Source: Squalus acanthias (lineage: Eukaryota). From it: a DNA stretch of 64,000 bases. The DNA is taken from contig CM059431.1 of NCBI GenBank assembly GCA_030390025.1, positions 109,866,001-109,930,000 of the forward strand, given 5' to 3'. Below the pieces are notes generated by a model. The model saw only the letters and a list, made by a program, of their open reading frames with translations, was not told the origin of the DNA and ran no database searches. Both the position numbers and the translations under genes were made by a program. Positions 33,393-47,682 of the stretch are shown one piece after another (the stretch's first letter is position 1; every line of letters begins with the position of its first letter).

Positions 33393-34626
33393 ACTGTCAA
33401 AGTTTGTAAATCTACATGGATTATTTCCATTGATGGAGGGCATATTGCTGTAATCTTCTCTAGGGACGATTTAAAGGTTAAAATTTTTAGGGAGAACTGC
33501 CCAGGGCCCGAGCGCATGTTTTTTTTTTTAATTTTATGCTTCCACGCTTTATTTTATTTAAAAATTTGAACAAGTGGTAGATTGTCTTCCTTGTAAAACA
33601 CCTGTGTAGTATATGGAGGACAAAGACTCATATTCAGCAGGGGTAGTTACCAGGCCGTTATTACTGCATGTGATGGGAGCCTGTCAGCTTCAAACAGAAC
33701 ATTCTTGGGGAAGATTAAACCAAATTAAGTTTTATTACATTGGCTTCTTTCGGATGGACTGAATTCCATCTGGGTCTTACACTGTTGGAATTTAAACGGG
33801 GTATTAGTGCGTTGTTTATGGGATGATTGGAGTTCTACTATCAGGCTACACTTTGAAAGGTTTTCAAAATAATGATCAGATAACAAGCTCAATGCAGCAG
33901 TTTGATTCTTTTCTTTGTTCAGATTGTACAGTAGTGGTTTTATCACTTTGTTCCAGCAGCAATATGTAGTCATGGCAGTGATTAAATTAAACTGTCAGAC
34001 AAAGCTGCTACTTGCCAGACTGTTAACTAACAGAATGAAAAGGTGACATTCTTCAGACAACTGCAACTGAAGGAAGAAAAACAACAGATATAGGATATTG
34101 CACCATTAATATTGTTCGTTCAAGAGTATGAAAGACTGCTTTCGGGAGCTCTGAAGGTCTTTCTCTCCAGTAAAAGAATGTTTGTTCACGCACCAAGTTA
34201 TGTTAGACGTATTCTGCTTTCCATTTAAAAGTCGTTCTGCACTTTGTAACACAAGCTTTAAGCAATAATTTGCACATGTTTATATATACTTTCCTAATAA
34301 ATGCAGGAGAATTAAAAGCAAGTAAGGGCATTGATATTCTTATACTACAGGTTCCAGTACCTGTTTATCTGGTAGCTGTTTGCAGCAACGCAGACCCAAG
34401 ATTTACTGCTGATTCTATGTTGCTTCTTTGCCGAGGAAAAACGGGACTATGCGCATGCATGGACCAATTTCCGCACTCTGGCATCCAAATGTTGGTTGCA
34501 TTTTAATGTTAACAGCAAACCAAAAATTGGATCTGTTAACACTAAGAAAGTTAAATGTTTTGAACTTCACTTTGTAAAGCTATACTGGAACCAGCATGAA
34601 ACCCAAGGTGTGTGAGACTGTCACAT

Positions 34627-36162
34627 AACAACTTGTATTTATATAGCGCCTTTAGTGTAGTAAAACGTCCCAAGGCACTTTACATGAGCGTTATCAAACA
34701 AACTTTGACACCGAGCCACATAAGGAGATATTAGGGCAGATGAGGTAGGTTTTAAGGAGCGTCTTAAAAGGAGAAGAGAGAGAGGCAGAGAGGTTTAGGG
34801 AGGGAATTCCAGAGCTTAGGGCCTCGGCAGCTGACAGCACGGCCACCAAAGGTGGAGCGATTAAAATCGGGAATGCGCAAGAGGCCAGATTTGGAGGAGC
34901 ACAGATATCTCAAAGTGTTGTAGGGCTGGAGGAGGTTACAGAGATAGGGAGGGGCGAGGCCATGGAGGGATTTGAAAACAAGGATGAGAATTTTAAAATC
35001 GAGGCATTGCTTAACCGGGAGCCAATGTTGGTCAGTGAGGACAGGGGTGATGGGTGAACTGGACTTGGTGCGAGTTAGGGCACGGGCAGCAGAGTTTTGA
35101 ATGACCTCAAGTTTACAGAGGGTAGCAGATGAGTGGTCGGCCAGGAGTTCATGGAATAGTCAAGTCTAGAGGTAACAAAGGCATGGATGAGGGTTTCAGC
35201 AGCAGATGAGCTGAGGCAGGGACGGAGTCAGGCAATGTTACAGAGGTGGAAATAGGCGGTCTTAGTGATGGCATGGATATGTGGTCAGAAGCTCATCTCA
35301 GGGTCAAATACGACACCAAGGTTGCGAACAGTCTTCTTCAGCCTCAGACAGTTGCCAGGGAGACGGAGGGAGTTGGTGGCTAGGGAACGGAGTTTGTGGC
35401 GGGGACCGAAGACAATGGCTTCGGTCTTCCCAATATTTAGTTGGTGGAAATTTCAGCTCATCCAGTACTGGATGTTGAGCAAGCAGTTAAGACAATTCAA
35501 GGACATTGGAGGGGTCGAGAAAGGTGGTGGTGAGGTAGAGCTGGGTATCATCAGCGTACATGTGGAAACTGACGCTGTGTTTTTGGATGATGTCGCCAAG
35601 GGGCAGCATGTAGATGAGAAATAGGAGGGGGTCAAGGATAGATCCTTGGGGAACACCAGAGGTAAAGGTGTGGGAGCGGGAAGAGAAGCCATTGCAGGTG
35701 ATTCTCTGGCTACAACTGGATAGATAAGAATGGAACCAGACGATTGCAGTCTCACCTAGCTGGACGACGGTGGAGTGGCGTTGGAGAAGGATGGAGTGGT
35801 CAACCGTGTCAAAGGCTGCAGACAGGTCAAGAAGGACGAGGAGGGATAGTTTACCATTGTCATGGTCACATAGGATGTCATTTGTGACTTTGATGAGAGC
35901 CGTTTCGGTACTGTGGCAGGGGCGTAAACCTGATTGGAGGGATTAAAAAATGGAGATCCGGGAAAGATGGGCATGGATTTGGGAGGCATCAGCACATTCA
36001 AGGACTTTGAGAGGAAAGGGAGGTTGGAGATGGGGCGGTAGTTTGCAAGGACGGAGAGGTCAAGGGTTGTTTTTTTTGAGAGGCGTGATGATGGCAGATT
36101 TGAAGGAGGGGGGGGGGGGACAGTACCTGAGGAACGAGAACCATTAACAATATCAGCTAACA
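34627..36162 (-). mobile_element. L2 LINE, ~1.5 kb of RT and tail, decayed
   Basis: LANYRPISNLPFLSK, LDLSAAFDTVDH-like, GVPQGS.L.P, FHMYADDTQLY on the minus strand. Same tail as the other L2 copies. Confidence 0.92.
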
Positions 36163-36477
36163 TAGATCATATTGGATTGGCCGTTGTAGAGGTGGCCTCC
36201 AGGGAAGCCTAAAACAGGCGTTAGGCCCCTTGAATAAGCTAATCATGGTCTAATGCCTGTTTTAGCAACAAAACTGGAAATTGGTTTACACTGAACCATT
36301 AGGCCTGCTGTGTTCAAGTGTTTATAGGGACCGCTGGAGGCTGCCAACAAAAAGGTAAGTTTAAAAAAAATTCTTACCTGAATATTAAAGTGGGAGGAGC
36401 AGGAGTGCTCCACCCGGCTCCACATTACAAGTGCAGGGATTGCCGGCCACTGCTCACCTCCTCCTCCTTCATCAGTT

Positions 36478-36830
36478 GAGGTGGTGATCAGCAAGAGGTT
36501 TCCTTGACTTTGTTTGACCTGAAGCTATGAGATTTCATGGGTTCTGGAGTCAATATTGAAGACTCCCAGGTCACTCCCACCTGACTGGATATCACTGTGC
36601 CCTCAGCTCTGGTGGGTCTTGCCTGCCAGTGGGAGAGGACGTACCTAGGGATGGTGATGGAGGATTCTGGAATGCTAGCTGACAGCTATGATTCTGTTAG
36701 TATGGCTATGTCAAGCTGTTATTTGACTAGAATGTTGGGCAGCTCTCCCAACTTGGGCACCATTTCCCAGATGTTAGCGAGGAAGACTTTTCAGTGTTGA
36801 CTAGCCTGAGATTGCCTAAGATTTGTCCTG
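36478..36830 (-). mobile_element. Endonuclease-region fragment of a CR1/Jockey-group LINE
   Basis: Minus strand NIWEMVPKLGEL...DIAILTES.L...SSITIP.Y.L.H.QAR.TR..G-like APE endonuclease start. Confidence 0.55.
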
Positions 36831-38836
36831 ATCTGATGTCTCAATCATTGCCAAGAGGTCCAATACCATTGATTAGAAGAAATGAGAGTTACTGACATCC
36901 AAAATCATCGAAATAAAAAATGGATAAGATTGTTCATGGGGATTTTGTATAGCAGGGCAAAGATCTCAACATTGATTAATAGCCAACACAGTGATACCAA
37001 AACTGTGTGTCCCCTCATTTGAGGAAACACACAAACAAAAGTTGAAAGAAACTGGTTGCAATTACATTAACGATTAGCAGTGTGTGGCTGTCTTTGAGTA
37101 ATGTAATCATAATCAATAAAAGACACAGAATACACTTCTGATAAAACAACAAGCATATTGCGCAAACTGTTCATTATGTCATCTTCCTTAGCCAGACGCT
37201 CCTAGCTCAACCACTATGTATTCTTCCTGTCTCAGTGAGCTAGCTGACTGCATCTGTCACAACACATAAATTTTGACGCATGTAACTGCACCAACTTTAC
37301 AGTAACCCTATTCTTTCTTTCCAGCTGTCTTTTGTTCTCTTTCATGGAATTTTTAATTTTGATGATTTTTTTTTTTAGGAATGAATTAGTGACTGAAGGT
37401 TGAAATTTGGTTCTGGTTTAATTGACGGGAGATGTTTTCCTGCCCGAGAAACAATTGAAGTGGGCTCTTAGTTAAGCTTTAGAATATGAAAGGCTGGGTT
37501 TTGATTGCTTAGAAATGCATTTCTAAATCAGTTGAATGGGACAATTCATTCTAGACCCGTACAAAGGCCTCATACAAGCAAACCCTGTCTTTTCGAAAAG
37601 AATGACACTAAAAAGCAATGGCTGAAAAGGCCTGGAATAAGAAGAAATAAATTTAACTTGAAATGGTACTTTAAGTGAAGAAACTGCATCAGCTGGACTC
37701 TGATTTGGAAATACACGAGCATCTTATCAGTAACTTTTAATAAAACTGAACTATAAGCAAATCTTGAGTCTTTCTGGTAATCCTTTGAGAAGAAGTAATT
37801 CCGGGATTGTCGTTCTAGGTCAGGTGCTGCCTGATGTCGAGCATTTTTCTCCTTGGCACTATTTGCACAAGGTTCTTCAGAATGGATTACCTTTTTTGAT
37901 GGAAGCTACAACATCCAAAATTCCATCTTTTTAATCATTATAGTTCCTTCCAATTTTCACAGGTCCAGCTTTACCTCATGCCCACGTGACTTGAATGGAG
38001 TTTTTATATCTATCACATTAATGAGCAGCATACTTTCAGGTAATCCTTTTAATCATTGTCCTTGTTCCCTTGGCAATGCACTTTCTTTCTTTTCATCTTG
38101 GCTGCTTTTGATTCTGTTGGCTATCTGCTATGTCAGTGATTTTCACCACAGTTATACGTACAGAGATACTGATATTTCCCGAGACAAAGGTAACATGTTC
38201 ACCCATATAAGATTGTGGCCAAACTGTTCAAGCCCTCCTCTAATGTAGTTTGTTTACCTCAGTGCCTATACATTTACCTATTATTTCAATCTGTTTCCTC
38301 CCCTGCATGATATAGCTAGTGAATATCTAAATCTGAAACTGTGCTACAAACAAATAAACATTATTTTGGAATAGTCAAAAAACCATATTCCAACCAACGA
38401 GTTTTTCAAATGTTCTTTAGGCTGACTCTTTTGTAAAGGTGAATTATTTCTGATATGACAAAAACTATAATCTTGCAAATAATGCATGCTTTCTAAAATG
38501 AAGACAAGCTGACAGTTTCAGTTGTTACACAGATTGTAATACTCCTCTAATGTGAGGTCTACTTTCAGGAGGGGGGGAAGTTATTCTAATCAGCTCTCAG
38601 TACATCCAAAATGGGAACATCTAATTTAATTTCAATACACTAACTTAAAGCAATACTCTAGATTGGATGCTGTCATTTAACTAAACAGGATTTGCAGCAA
38701 TGACTACATATCTACCAATTTTTCCCATGTGCGTAGTTTCACTTTTATTGCTAAAGAAAATCACTTTGCAATTTATATCACATGTAGAGGATGCCTTGAA
38801 TGGGTACTGCCATCAATTGCGCCTCGTTCAAAATTT

Positions 38837-39466
38837 TGGCCCAGAATTTGTTGTGGGTATGACGGTGTACTCTGAGAGTATGGCATCATACTGCCTTTGA
38901 AATGGCCCACAGGATCGGGATTTCCGCATGCACTAAATCCCGAACTTGCGATCTGTCAAGGAAAAACCAATTGCTGGTGCAGAGTTGGGCTATTTGCCCA
39001 CCAACTGCCCAGCAATTGCATACAAAAATTTCATGGTTGATGCAAACAGGCACAGGACCTGTTTGCATCAGCGTAAGGAGATACCTCAGGCATGTTTTAA
39101 CCTGGAATTTTAATGATGTCGATAATTATTATCAGCAAAATTAAATTTTTACTAACAGAACTAAGATGTAGTGAAGTTTTTTGGAATGAAGCTAATTAGG
39201 AATTAAATTCCAATCCTGTAAAGTAATTGTAATTAAATATGATGACGGGATTCCCTTCTGAAATGATGTAAAATCTAATTCTGTTTCCTGATTGGAGCAC
39301 CAGGCCCATGTGATCCCAGGATCCGTGGGCCATTACGCTGCCCTCTGGCACGCAGCGTCAGTGCGCAAGTTTACAAAGGAGGGCCCCCCATTGGGTAGGT
39401 GCGAATTCTTTTCGCATGTCCGCGGCGTACTCCGGAGCCACGCCGCGGACCGCAATTTTTGGGCCA
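38837..39466. mobile_element. Harbinger-like MITE
   Basis: TIRs tggcccagaatttg / caatttttgggcca with an AT-rich core. Confidence 0.65.
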
Positions 39467-40287
39467 TAGTTCTCCAAGTGATATATCAGTTGCGATCACT
39501 TCCCTGCCTATTGAACGTTCAAAAAGTTAGCTCAGTACTGCAAAGGGATCCGCCAAGTAAGTATCCCAGCCACAAAATGTATGTAAAATTGTAAGGATAG
39601 GAAATAGATAATTGGATGCAAGCGACAATGAAAGAGCAGCTGCAACACAGTGCTTACTGGCAATATTGAATCCAATGTTTAAAACAGTGCCTCAATTTAT
39701 TTCCTTTCTGATTTAGTTTAATGAAGTTATAGAACAGGTCAGCAGTTGTGGTATGGAGTTTACTCTTTGGTTTAAACAGATCACACTGGTATAAATATAA
39801 CTGCTTTATAAGAGAGTTTCTATAGCAGATCTGAGGGAGCCATGTTTTTGGATGGATAGTGCCTTGTAAAGTGTTTCCCTCAGGGTACTTTTGTTCAGCC
39901 ATTTCAGCAATAGTTATGAATCTAAAAGAATTTTACATAGAGGAACATTAATGCATGTCACATAGCACAGTGATCCATCATAAAACTCAGTAAATGGACA
40001 TTATAAATAAATTAATACACTACTTTCTCTAAAAGACATTTTTGCCAAAAGGGCTCTAAAAATTGCAGTAGCTTTCAGAAATAGTCACACATACATTTTT
40101 TCACACTCTTAACAAAGCATGTACTGAGTCTGGCGACAGACCATAACACATTAAGAAATGAATAAATGAAAGTGATAAATAAATGAAAACTACTTACCCA
40201 TAAAGAATAGGATTCCCTAAAAAAAAACACCGCAGCTTTTTGAAGTATAAGATTTCTGTGAAGTGCGGAATGGTGTAATTCTATTAA

Positions 40288-40422
40288 AAGAAAACCTTGC
40301 ATTTATATAGCAGCGTATCACTTCTCTCAGACATGTCTCAAAACACTTCGCCTACAATGAATTACTCTGAAGTGCAGTGAATGCTGTTATGTAGGTAAAC
40401 AAGACAGCTATTTTATGCACAG
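40288..40422 (-). mobile_element. Deu-domain/L2-tailed SINE fragment
   Basis: ttgcatttatatagc...tactctgaagtgcagtga...tgcacagc, similar to 54320-54580. Confidence 0.5.
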
Positions 40423-40712
40423 CTTTACTGAACTTACCGCACTTCAAAAGTTAAATAATAAAGTTGTCGGTTCAGCTAGAGCTGTGGCAGAGCTCCATTA
40501 TGCCTTCAAAAGGAAAATTTCTGTATGATGTCTTTATATGAATTTAGATAGACAGCGTAATATGAATGAAAGTCTGGCTTTGCGTTAGCTGTGACTTTGA
40601 AAGATAATTCAATTTATCTTGGTGACCAGGAGGGTAGCCAATATATGAAATTGTCTAGAAATATCTACTTTTTCCATGGGGGACATCTGGCCTAGCTGGT
40701 TTTCCCCCCATT

Positions 40713-42760
40713 TGATGTTTTTACGCAGCGAGTTGTTATAACCTGCAATGCACGACCTGAAAGGGTGGTAGAAGCAGATGCAACAGTAACTTCCAAAAGG
40801 GAATTGGATATAGAATAGAATCATAGAATAGTACAGCACAGAAGGAGGCCATTCAGCCCATTGAGTCTGCGCCGGCTCTTTCGAAGAGCAATCCAGTTAG
40901 TCCCACTCCCCTGTAAGGTTTCCAAAATTTGCAAATCCCCAAAAACCTAAGGAAAAAGGACTTTGGAACTACCTCAGAGTGATAAAAATGCATTTGGGCC
41001 TAACCTAAAGAATTTAAGACCAAATCCCAAGTTTTGGCATTTTAAAACTATGTCTGGGCCTGTAAAGGGACAAGGAGGTGGGGTCGACCTCTGTAAAAGC
41101 AGTTTTGGTTATTGCAGTTAATTACACTGTCTGGGGAACCGGGATGACCTCACTCAAGCCCCAGCAGACATTAACATTTGAACAATAGACCCTGGGAGAA
41201 GACAGTCCCACCCAAAATACAGGCCCCATCAAAACCAATTACAGGGCCCATCAGAATCATGCATAATAAAACCCACTCAGGACCATTCTATAGAAAAGAC
41301 CGAGTCCAGCCTAGAGACCCAAAACACGAAATCAATCACCAGTGATCAACCAAGGAGATAGACAGGATGCAAACCATCCAAAAGGCCATTTGACACTTAC
41401 AGAGCAGTTACTGGTAACAGGCCCACCAAAACCAGACAATGAACTGAGTAGATTTGGCGGGTAGATAAGGCCATGTTCAATGGGTGAGATTGAAGGCCTG
41501 TTAAAAAAACAATTAACGCGCTAGTAAGTCGTTACCGATTTACGAGCCCGCCAAAAACCAGACAATGAACTGAGTAGATTTGGCGGGTAGATAAGGCCAC
41601 TTCAATTTAGTATAATTGAAGGCCCGTTAAGCAGTTCAAGGTCAGTCGCAGTCGGTGGTCATCAGAAGAAGAAGAAACCAGAAAGAAGACAAGCCGAGCT
41701 GGAAGCGAGTCGGCATCGCTCACCACTCAGACACACCGGAGTCCAGCCCGTGAAGATACCACCTCGACGGACCTCCAACAATGGTCCCAACACAGTCACC
41801 CGGAGCAACAAGCAGCAAGAAGACATCGACGGCTCCACAGGGTCGACCGACACACTAGACAAGGCCTAAAGCCATCGCGGAAACCAAAGGCCTCACGAAA
41901 CCAACAACCGCATATTACCCCCAACTGACCAGGTAATAGCAGGCCACCGCGACCAACAAAGACCAACTCAAGGAAAGAAAACCCGAAGAACCGCAAAGTT
42001 TCCACGCTACAAACTATTCCTGACTTACCCCTGGGTAAGATTTCTACCAAAAGACTCTAAACCCTACTCCTAACCAAAGGAAATTGGGTACTCACCTGAT
42101 AGATCCAAAATGCACCCTACCGCATCAGCGGACTCGTGAAGACTGACCAGAGACGCAGGTGAAGTCCTCTACCGCGTACGGGGTACGACAGACACTAACC
42201 GCCATAAACAGCGAACCCCAAAACCGCGATTTAGCCCAACTGTCAAAGGATTGGTGAGCATTATCCCTGGTCCTTCAAAACCTAACTTAGCTGGAAAAGT
42301 GGGGTTGGGAGGGGTGAAGTATTGTTCCACTGTCGTTTCCCTCGCTTGTACCGAAGTGTTCCCCACCTTTAGAGTGTTAAGAGTGTTGTCATTTGTGTTT
42401 TACCTTTTGAATAAAGATTGAAGTTCTTTTCATCAAACTCAGTTGTCTGCTGCACCTTTTGTCACAACCCCCAAATAGGTCCAAGGTCTAGAACCAAGGG
42501 AGTGGGAGCGATTCGAACCGCTCAGAAGTCAGAGGTAAAGCTGACACAAACCACCACCCCCTACACCCCGGCTCTTTCCCCATATCCCTACAATTTTTTC
42601 TCCTTCAAGTATTTATCCAATACCCTATTGAAGGCTACTATTGAATCTATATATACTTGAAAAGGAAAATTTGCCCGGCTATGAGGAAAGAGCAGGGCAG
42701 TGAGACTAATTTGATCGCTCAATGGGCTGAATGGCCTCCTTCTGTGCTATAAGATTCTAT
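40713..42760. mobile_element. Nested CR1 3' fragments: + copy (40713-40812, 42650-42760) interrupted by a - copy (40813-40911, 42566-42648)
   Basis: Both halves of each CR1 tail rejoin when the inner elements are removed. Confidence 0.75.
40912..42565 (+). mobile_element. Solo LTR (~1.65 kb), same family group as 8940-10751
   Basis: TGTAAGG...CCCTACA termini and TSD CCCC (40908-40911, 42566-42569). Splits a CR1 tail. Shares acgctacaaactattcctgacttacccc, gggtactcacctgat, ttggtgagcattatccctg and the U5 region with 8940-10751. Confidence 0.9.
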
Positions 42761-43615
42761 GGGCGGAATCTTACCTGGAAGGCTAAGTTCGAGGCGGGAC
42801 TGCTGGTTTTCGGATTCCAGTCCCGCCCCCAGTGACGTCTGACGAACAGACGCTATTTTGCCCTGATTGGCCTTGTTAAGCCCACCCTGCGGGCTTGCCA
42901 GCCAATTAAGGGAAAGCCGGTGTCAGATGACGTCAGTTGATGACGCTTCATCTGCCGGTTTTATTAAAGGCATATGCACCACACTTGTTTGACAGATGAT
43001 TTGACAGTGTTTGACAGCATTGAGGTGCTGTCAAACACTGACAATCACTGTCCAAAGGTGAGCCCTTGCACCCAGACTCTCCAATTATTCTCTCCTTAGG
43101 ATAAAACAGATGGCAGCTGCAGCTGAGATTGCAGAAGCCATCTGTCACTTCTCCTGATGAGATGAGGCTACACAAACACTTCACAGCTTGTCACCTGCAG
43201 AAACATCTAACCACATTAAAAATTACTTTCACAACATTTCCTTACCTCTGATACTCACCAGTGTCCCATTGCATCCTTCACACCACTTCTGCAGCTGTCA
43301 TCCAAACACCAACATAACAACAGACCCACAGCACGCCTCACTTACCCTGGCGGGGTTTCCCGATGTCGGGAAGCCTGCAGCAGCAGTCGAAAAATTGGAA
43401 AAAGCCTCTTAACTGCCTGTTAACTACCTGTTAAAGGGCAGTTAAGTGGCTATAATCCTCTTCCCGCCGCTAGGAGCCGGGTCTCTGCGCAAATCGGGGA
43501 CCCGACTCCCGGGAAGATTGGTTGGAGGCGGGTTGGGACCCGCTCCCAGTTTTGGGGATTTTCCCAGCAGTCCCGCCTCCAGACCCACCTCCTCAGGGCT
43601 GGTAAAATCCAACCC
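42761..43615. mobile_element. PIF/Harbinger-like non-autonomous DNA transposon
   Basis: TIR gggcggaatcttacc / ggtaaaatccaaccc and 3-bp TSD TAT, inserted in a CR1 tail. Confidence 0.75.
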
Positions 43616-44364
43616 TATGATTCTATGAGTGGATTTTCAGGGGCAAACTGGTAGAAATAGTTAAGGTTTTAGTTCTCCGACCATTGCGAAGAAAATGACA
43701 GGAACATAACAGAGGAGTTCTTCGCTCTCTGCTTCACATTGCCTATTGCTCAGTGCGGTAGCATAGAGGGATTCTGTTGAGTTACTGTCCACACAACATT
43801 TCATCAGAAACCCAAATAAATTAGATTTAGGTTGGGACATAGAGCGGATGGTTAATTCTAGTTGTGGAATGATGTGACCCATTAATGGTTTCATGTTGCA
43901 CCTGAGAGTATCTATTAATTATGAAGGAGTAGTGCCGTGATAAGTGTTAGCAAACAACTTCAGAAACATTGTATAATGTATTTTTCCCTCTTTACCATTC
44001 CTCCTTAGCATTTGTTTTTCTGATCTTAAACCAGCAATGCATTTTTTCGTTTGACTCCATGGCTGCTTATATGTGTGGAAATCAACAGCATTGTTTCATT
44101 CTGTTCGCTGTACGGTCATTCTTCCCTTTCAGTCACATCTGGCACCAGGATTTGACCTTTCTGCATCACATTCTCAGCAACACATGCATTTGATAACATT
44201 AAAAAAAGCCCAGATCAAAGCTAGCAGCATTGTGAAACAAGTGTAGTCAGCTGAGTCCGCACATTAGAGTGAAAGGATTCTTCTGATAGTACATTCAGGA
44301 ATCCTAATATAGTACTTGATTGAACGTGAGTAGGCTGCTATTTCTTGAGAAAGCCGCATCAGAG

Positions 44365-44665
44365 GAGCAGTGAGTTAGATATTGGTCTTTCACCCTAGGG
44401 CCTGGTTCAAATTCACCCGATGAGGTGCAAGCCTTCTCTGCCTGTTGGTTGCCGCAGTCCCACATGAAACATGTTGGTGCAGTTCCTAGTTGACATGGGT
44501 CAACAGCAGAGATCTGCCTCCAATTTGGGAAACTCCCACAGAGAGGTTGCAGGATGGCTGATTTGGGAAATGAAAAATGATACACTGGTGCAGCATTTTT
44601 CCAACTTTGGGGCTGAGACGCATTGTTGGGGAAGAGCAGATGGAGCGTTATTCTGCAGCTGACCT
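44365..44665 (+). mobile_element. Ancient tRNA-derived SINE resembling LF-SINE
   Basis: tttcaccctaggg..ctggttcaaattca (B-box-like), then ctgttggttg...atgaaacatgttggtg and a ggaagagcagatggagc tail. Resemblance recalled from consensus, not aligned. Confidence 0.4.
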
Positions 44666-45192
44666 CTATTGGCTCGGGAATTCTTAACACCGACAATGGA
44701 GCTTTAAATGGAAAAATGTTTCATAACCCTGCACGAACAACCTTCACCCTGATGAAAAAAGTGAAAAACGATTGAAGCATTTATGTCCTCATAGAAGAAG
44801 CATCATGTTGGATTCTTTTCTCCAATGTTCTCCTGCCTCTTCTAAAGGTGCTGACTCATGCTGAGGCATTGATCCACTGGTGCTGGCAGTCCCCCAGTAC
44901 TTCATCCAAATTCTATTCTTCATCTGTGATCTCAGTTGATGCTGGCATACAATTTGACCATAGAGTCAATAACAACCAAGCACAATTTTCTCCTCACTTA
45001 ATGTTTGTTCACCCACACATGCACATGCACACGTTTCAATGAGAGTCAGAGGATAGCAGTCAAGAATAAATTCATCAGCTGTTTTCTCCATAACCTAGAA
45101 TACACTCAGGCTAATTGCAGTCCTTCCAACTTCACTGCAGCTAACGCAATACAGGATTCCAACCTAGGATCTGTATGTCTGTCGTGTACCAT

Positions 45193-45625
45193 ATTTTTTT
45201 TTGATTCATTCACAGGATGTGGGCATCGCCTGCAAGGCCAGCATTTATTGCCCATCCCTAGTTGCCCTTGAGAAGGTGGTGGTGAGCCGCCGCCTTGAAC
45301 TGCTGCGGTCCGTGTGGTGAAGGTACTCCCACAGTGCTGTTAGGGAGGAAGTTCCAGGATTTTGACCCAGCGACGATGAAGGAACGGCCGATATATTTCC
45401 AAGTCAGGATGGTGCGTGACTTGGAGGGGAACTTGCAAGTGTTTCCCTGTGTCTGCGGCTCATGTCCTTCTATGTGGTAGAGGTCACGGGTTCGGGAGGT
45501 GCTGTCGAAGAAGCCTTGGCGAGTTGCTGCAGTGCATCTTGTAGATGGTACACACTGCAGCCACGGTGCGCCAATGGTGGAGGGAGTGAATGTTTAAGGT
45601 GGGGTGGAGTGCCAATCAAGCAGGC
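45193..45625 (-). mobile_element. 3' end of CR1/Jockey-group (Zenon-like) LINE
   Basis: Reverse complement of the 59700-60120 family sequence with a poly-T. Confidence 0.88.
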
Positions 45626-47682
45626 GTGATATGATACACTTCTCCATTGAGCTATCGGAGCATATTAAGATGGAATGCAGCAGTGTGACAAAGCGCTCAG
45701 TCACATACTTGTATCCTCGCTCATTGACGAGAAAAGCAGTTGCACATATACATAATAATAATTCAGCTATCAACTCAGAGATTCTCTTCTTCTAGGTTTT
45801 AGGCACACCGAGGATCACCCATCATTCACTTTTACTTGGTAGCAAAATTGTTACTGATTTTCTCATGTTAGTCTCTCATCTTCTTTAATGCTCTTCACCT
45901 ACTTGCATCAAATTATTTTTCATTCTACCTTTCGGTTTGGCATTTTTTGTTTTCTATTAGTTTTAATATCTTCCTTGATTTCCTTAGTTGATTTTTTAAA
46001 AACTTTTTACTTTTCTGTCCGATGAGTGACTCCAAAAGCAATTTTTGAATCCAGGAGATTCCGGATTTGGACAAGATGGTTCCAATATTGCCCTTCGGCT
46101 AGAAGCTGGATCTTCTCTTCATTCACATTCTGGACTCGAGGGGAGATAACCCACATGAGTATTTCTTTGAAACCTAATTATATGGTTTCTGTGACCCCCT
46201 TACATGAATCAAGCCAGACTATTTCAGCAAACAGCCTATTAAACTTAGCAGAAGGTGGGACCCAAACAAAAATAGGCCAAGTCAAACTGTAAGAAAAGTT
46301 GAGTGAGCTCTACTTGTACCAATTGGAAAGAGGTCACATTATGACAGAGACACAAGATAGTCTTTTGTAAAGCAAGCCACATAGACTATGCCCAATTTAT
46401 AAAAACCAGTATCAGCATCTGTTGCACTCAATGCAGACTGGTAGCTATGTACCTACCATAACATGCAATCCTTCTGAACAGCAATAACTCTCACCTTTCT
46501 ATGAATTAGCAGTCCTTGGCTACCTACTAATAATTCACATAAAAACAAAAGAAAAAATGGTTCCAGGTCTTTCTTATTTGACAACAAAAAGCCTGTAACC
46601 TATCCCAGTCTCTAGATTGTGAACGAGTACATATGACCCTTGGTCTCGGAGTGAATAATATTTCACCTGCATTCCAAGAAAGCTCTTCAATAATATAGTG
46701 AGCATCTTTTGTGGAGAAAAAAGAGAGATTCATGAAAGGTGCAGCATGTTCTAGCCTTCCCAGTGAAAATCTATCACCCCAGTCCCTTTCTGATTTCAAT
46801 CATCATCAACAGGATCATTAGACATTGCCAGCTCAAATCTAGAGCCAATCTTTGATAGAGAAAAAATTAGGAATCACAGTCATACATTTCAGCATAAAAC
46901 ACTGCCAGGAGAGTACTGATGAGAGGTAGTGCAAAGCTCCCTCTACTCTGCCACAGCAACTTGTAAACTCCAACCTTACTAAAGCACACATTACTGCATC
47001 AGTGTGATGTTTTCATTTCCCATATTGGCAGCGACCTCTTTGAATGAGACGACCAATTTATTGCCAGTTAATGCAAATGTCTGAGTAAATTTGTGCTGCG
47101 GACTCATGCCAGTTATCTACTGGAATAAAATTGTCCAAAGACATTTCACTTGGGAACCGGAACCAAGCTAGCGTTAGGGAGAGAAGGTAATCGCCTAAGT
47201 TTTCCAAGTTTGGGCTGCTAGTTGGTATGTCGCCCACCACCAACCCATATTAAAAATCTTGTCCCAGATTTTCCGATAGCTGCTGTTGATGGGTGAGATA
47301 CCGTGCCATCTGAACTGGGAAAATTTACCTCCACATCTCATCTCTCTGGGTCTGCATTTGGTGAGTTTGTTGTTGTGTAATGTATGCCTAATATCAACCT
47401 GAATGTTAAAGAGGTCAACATCTATCTTCACCATGTTCTATATTGTTTTATTTAGGGCAAATTAATAAAATAATTAAAAAGTCAACCTAGTTATTGTGAT
47501 TTATTAGTTATATTACACATAGTAAGGTCCGGTCACTTATCCATCTGGGAGGGTAGGGAAGATTTCCCATGTTCTTTATTTGTAACTAAATCATAAACAC
47601 ATGTATAAAAAACATATTTACAATTTTGCTGCAAATAGTTAACAGAGGAAATCTTCCAGAGTCTGGGGGCATTGACTTCAAG

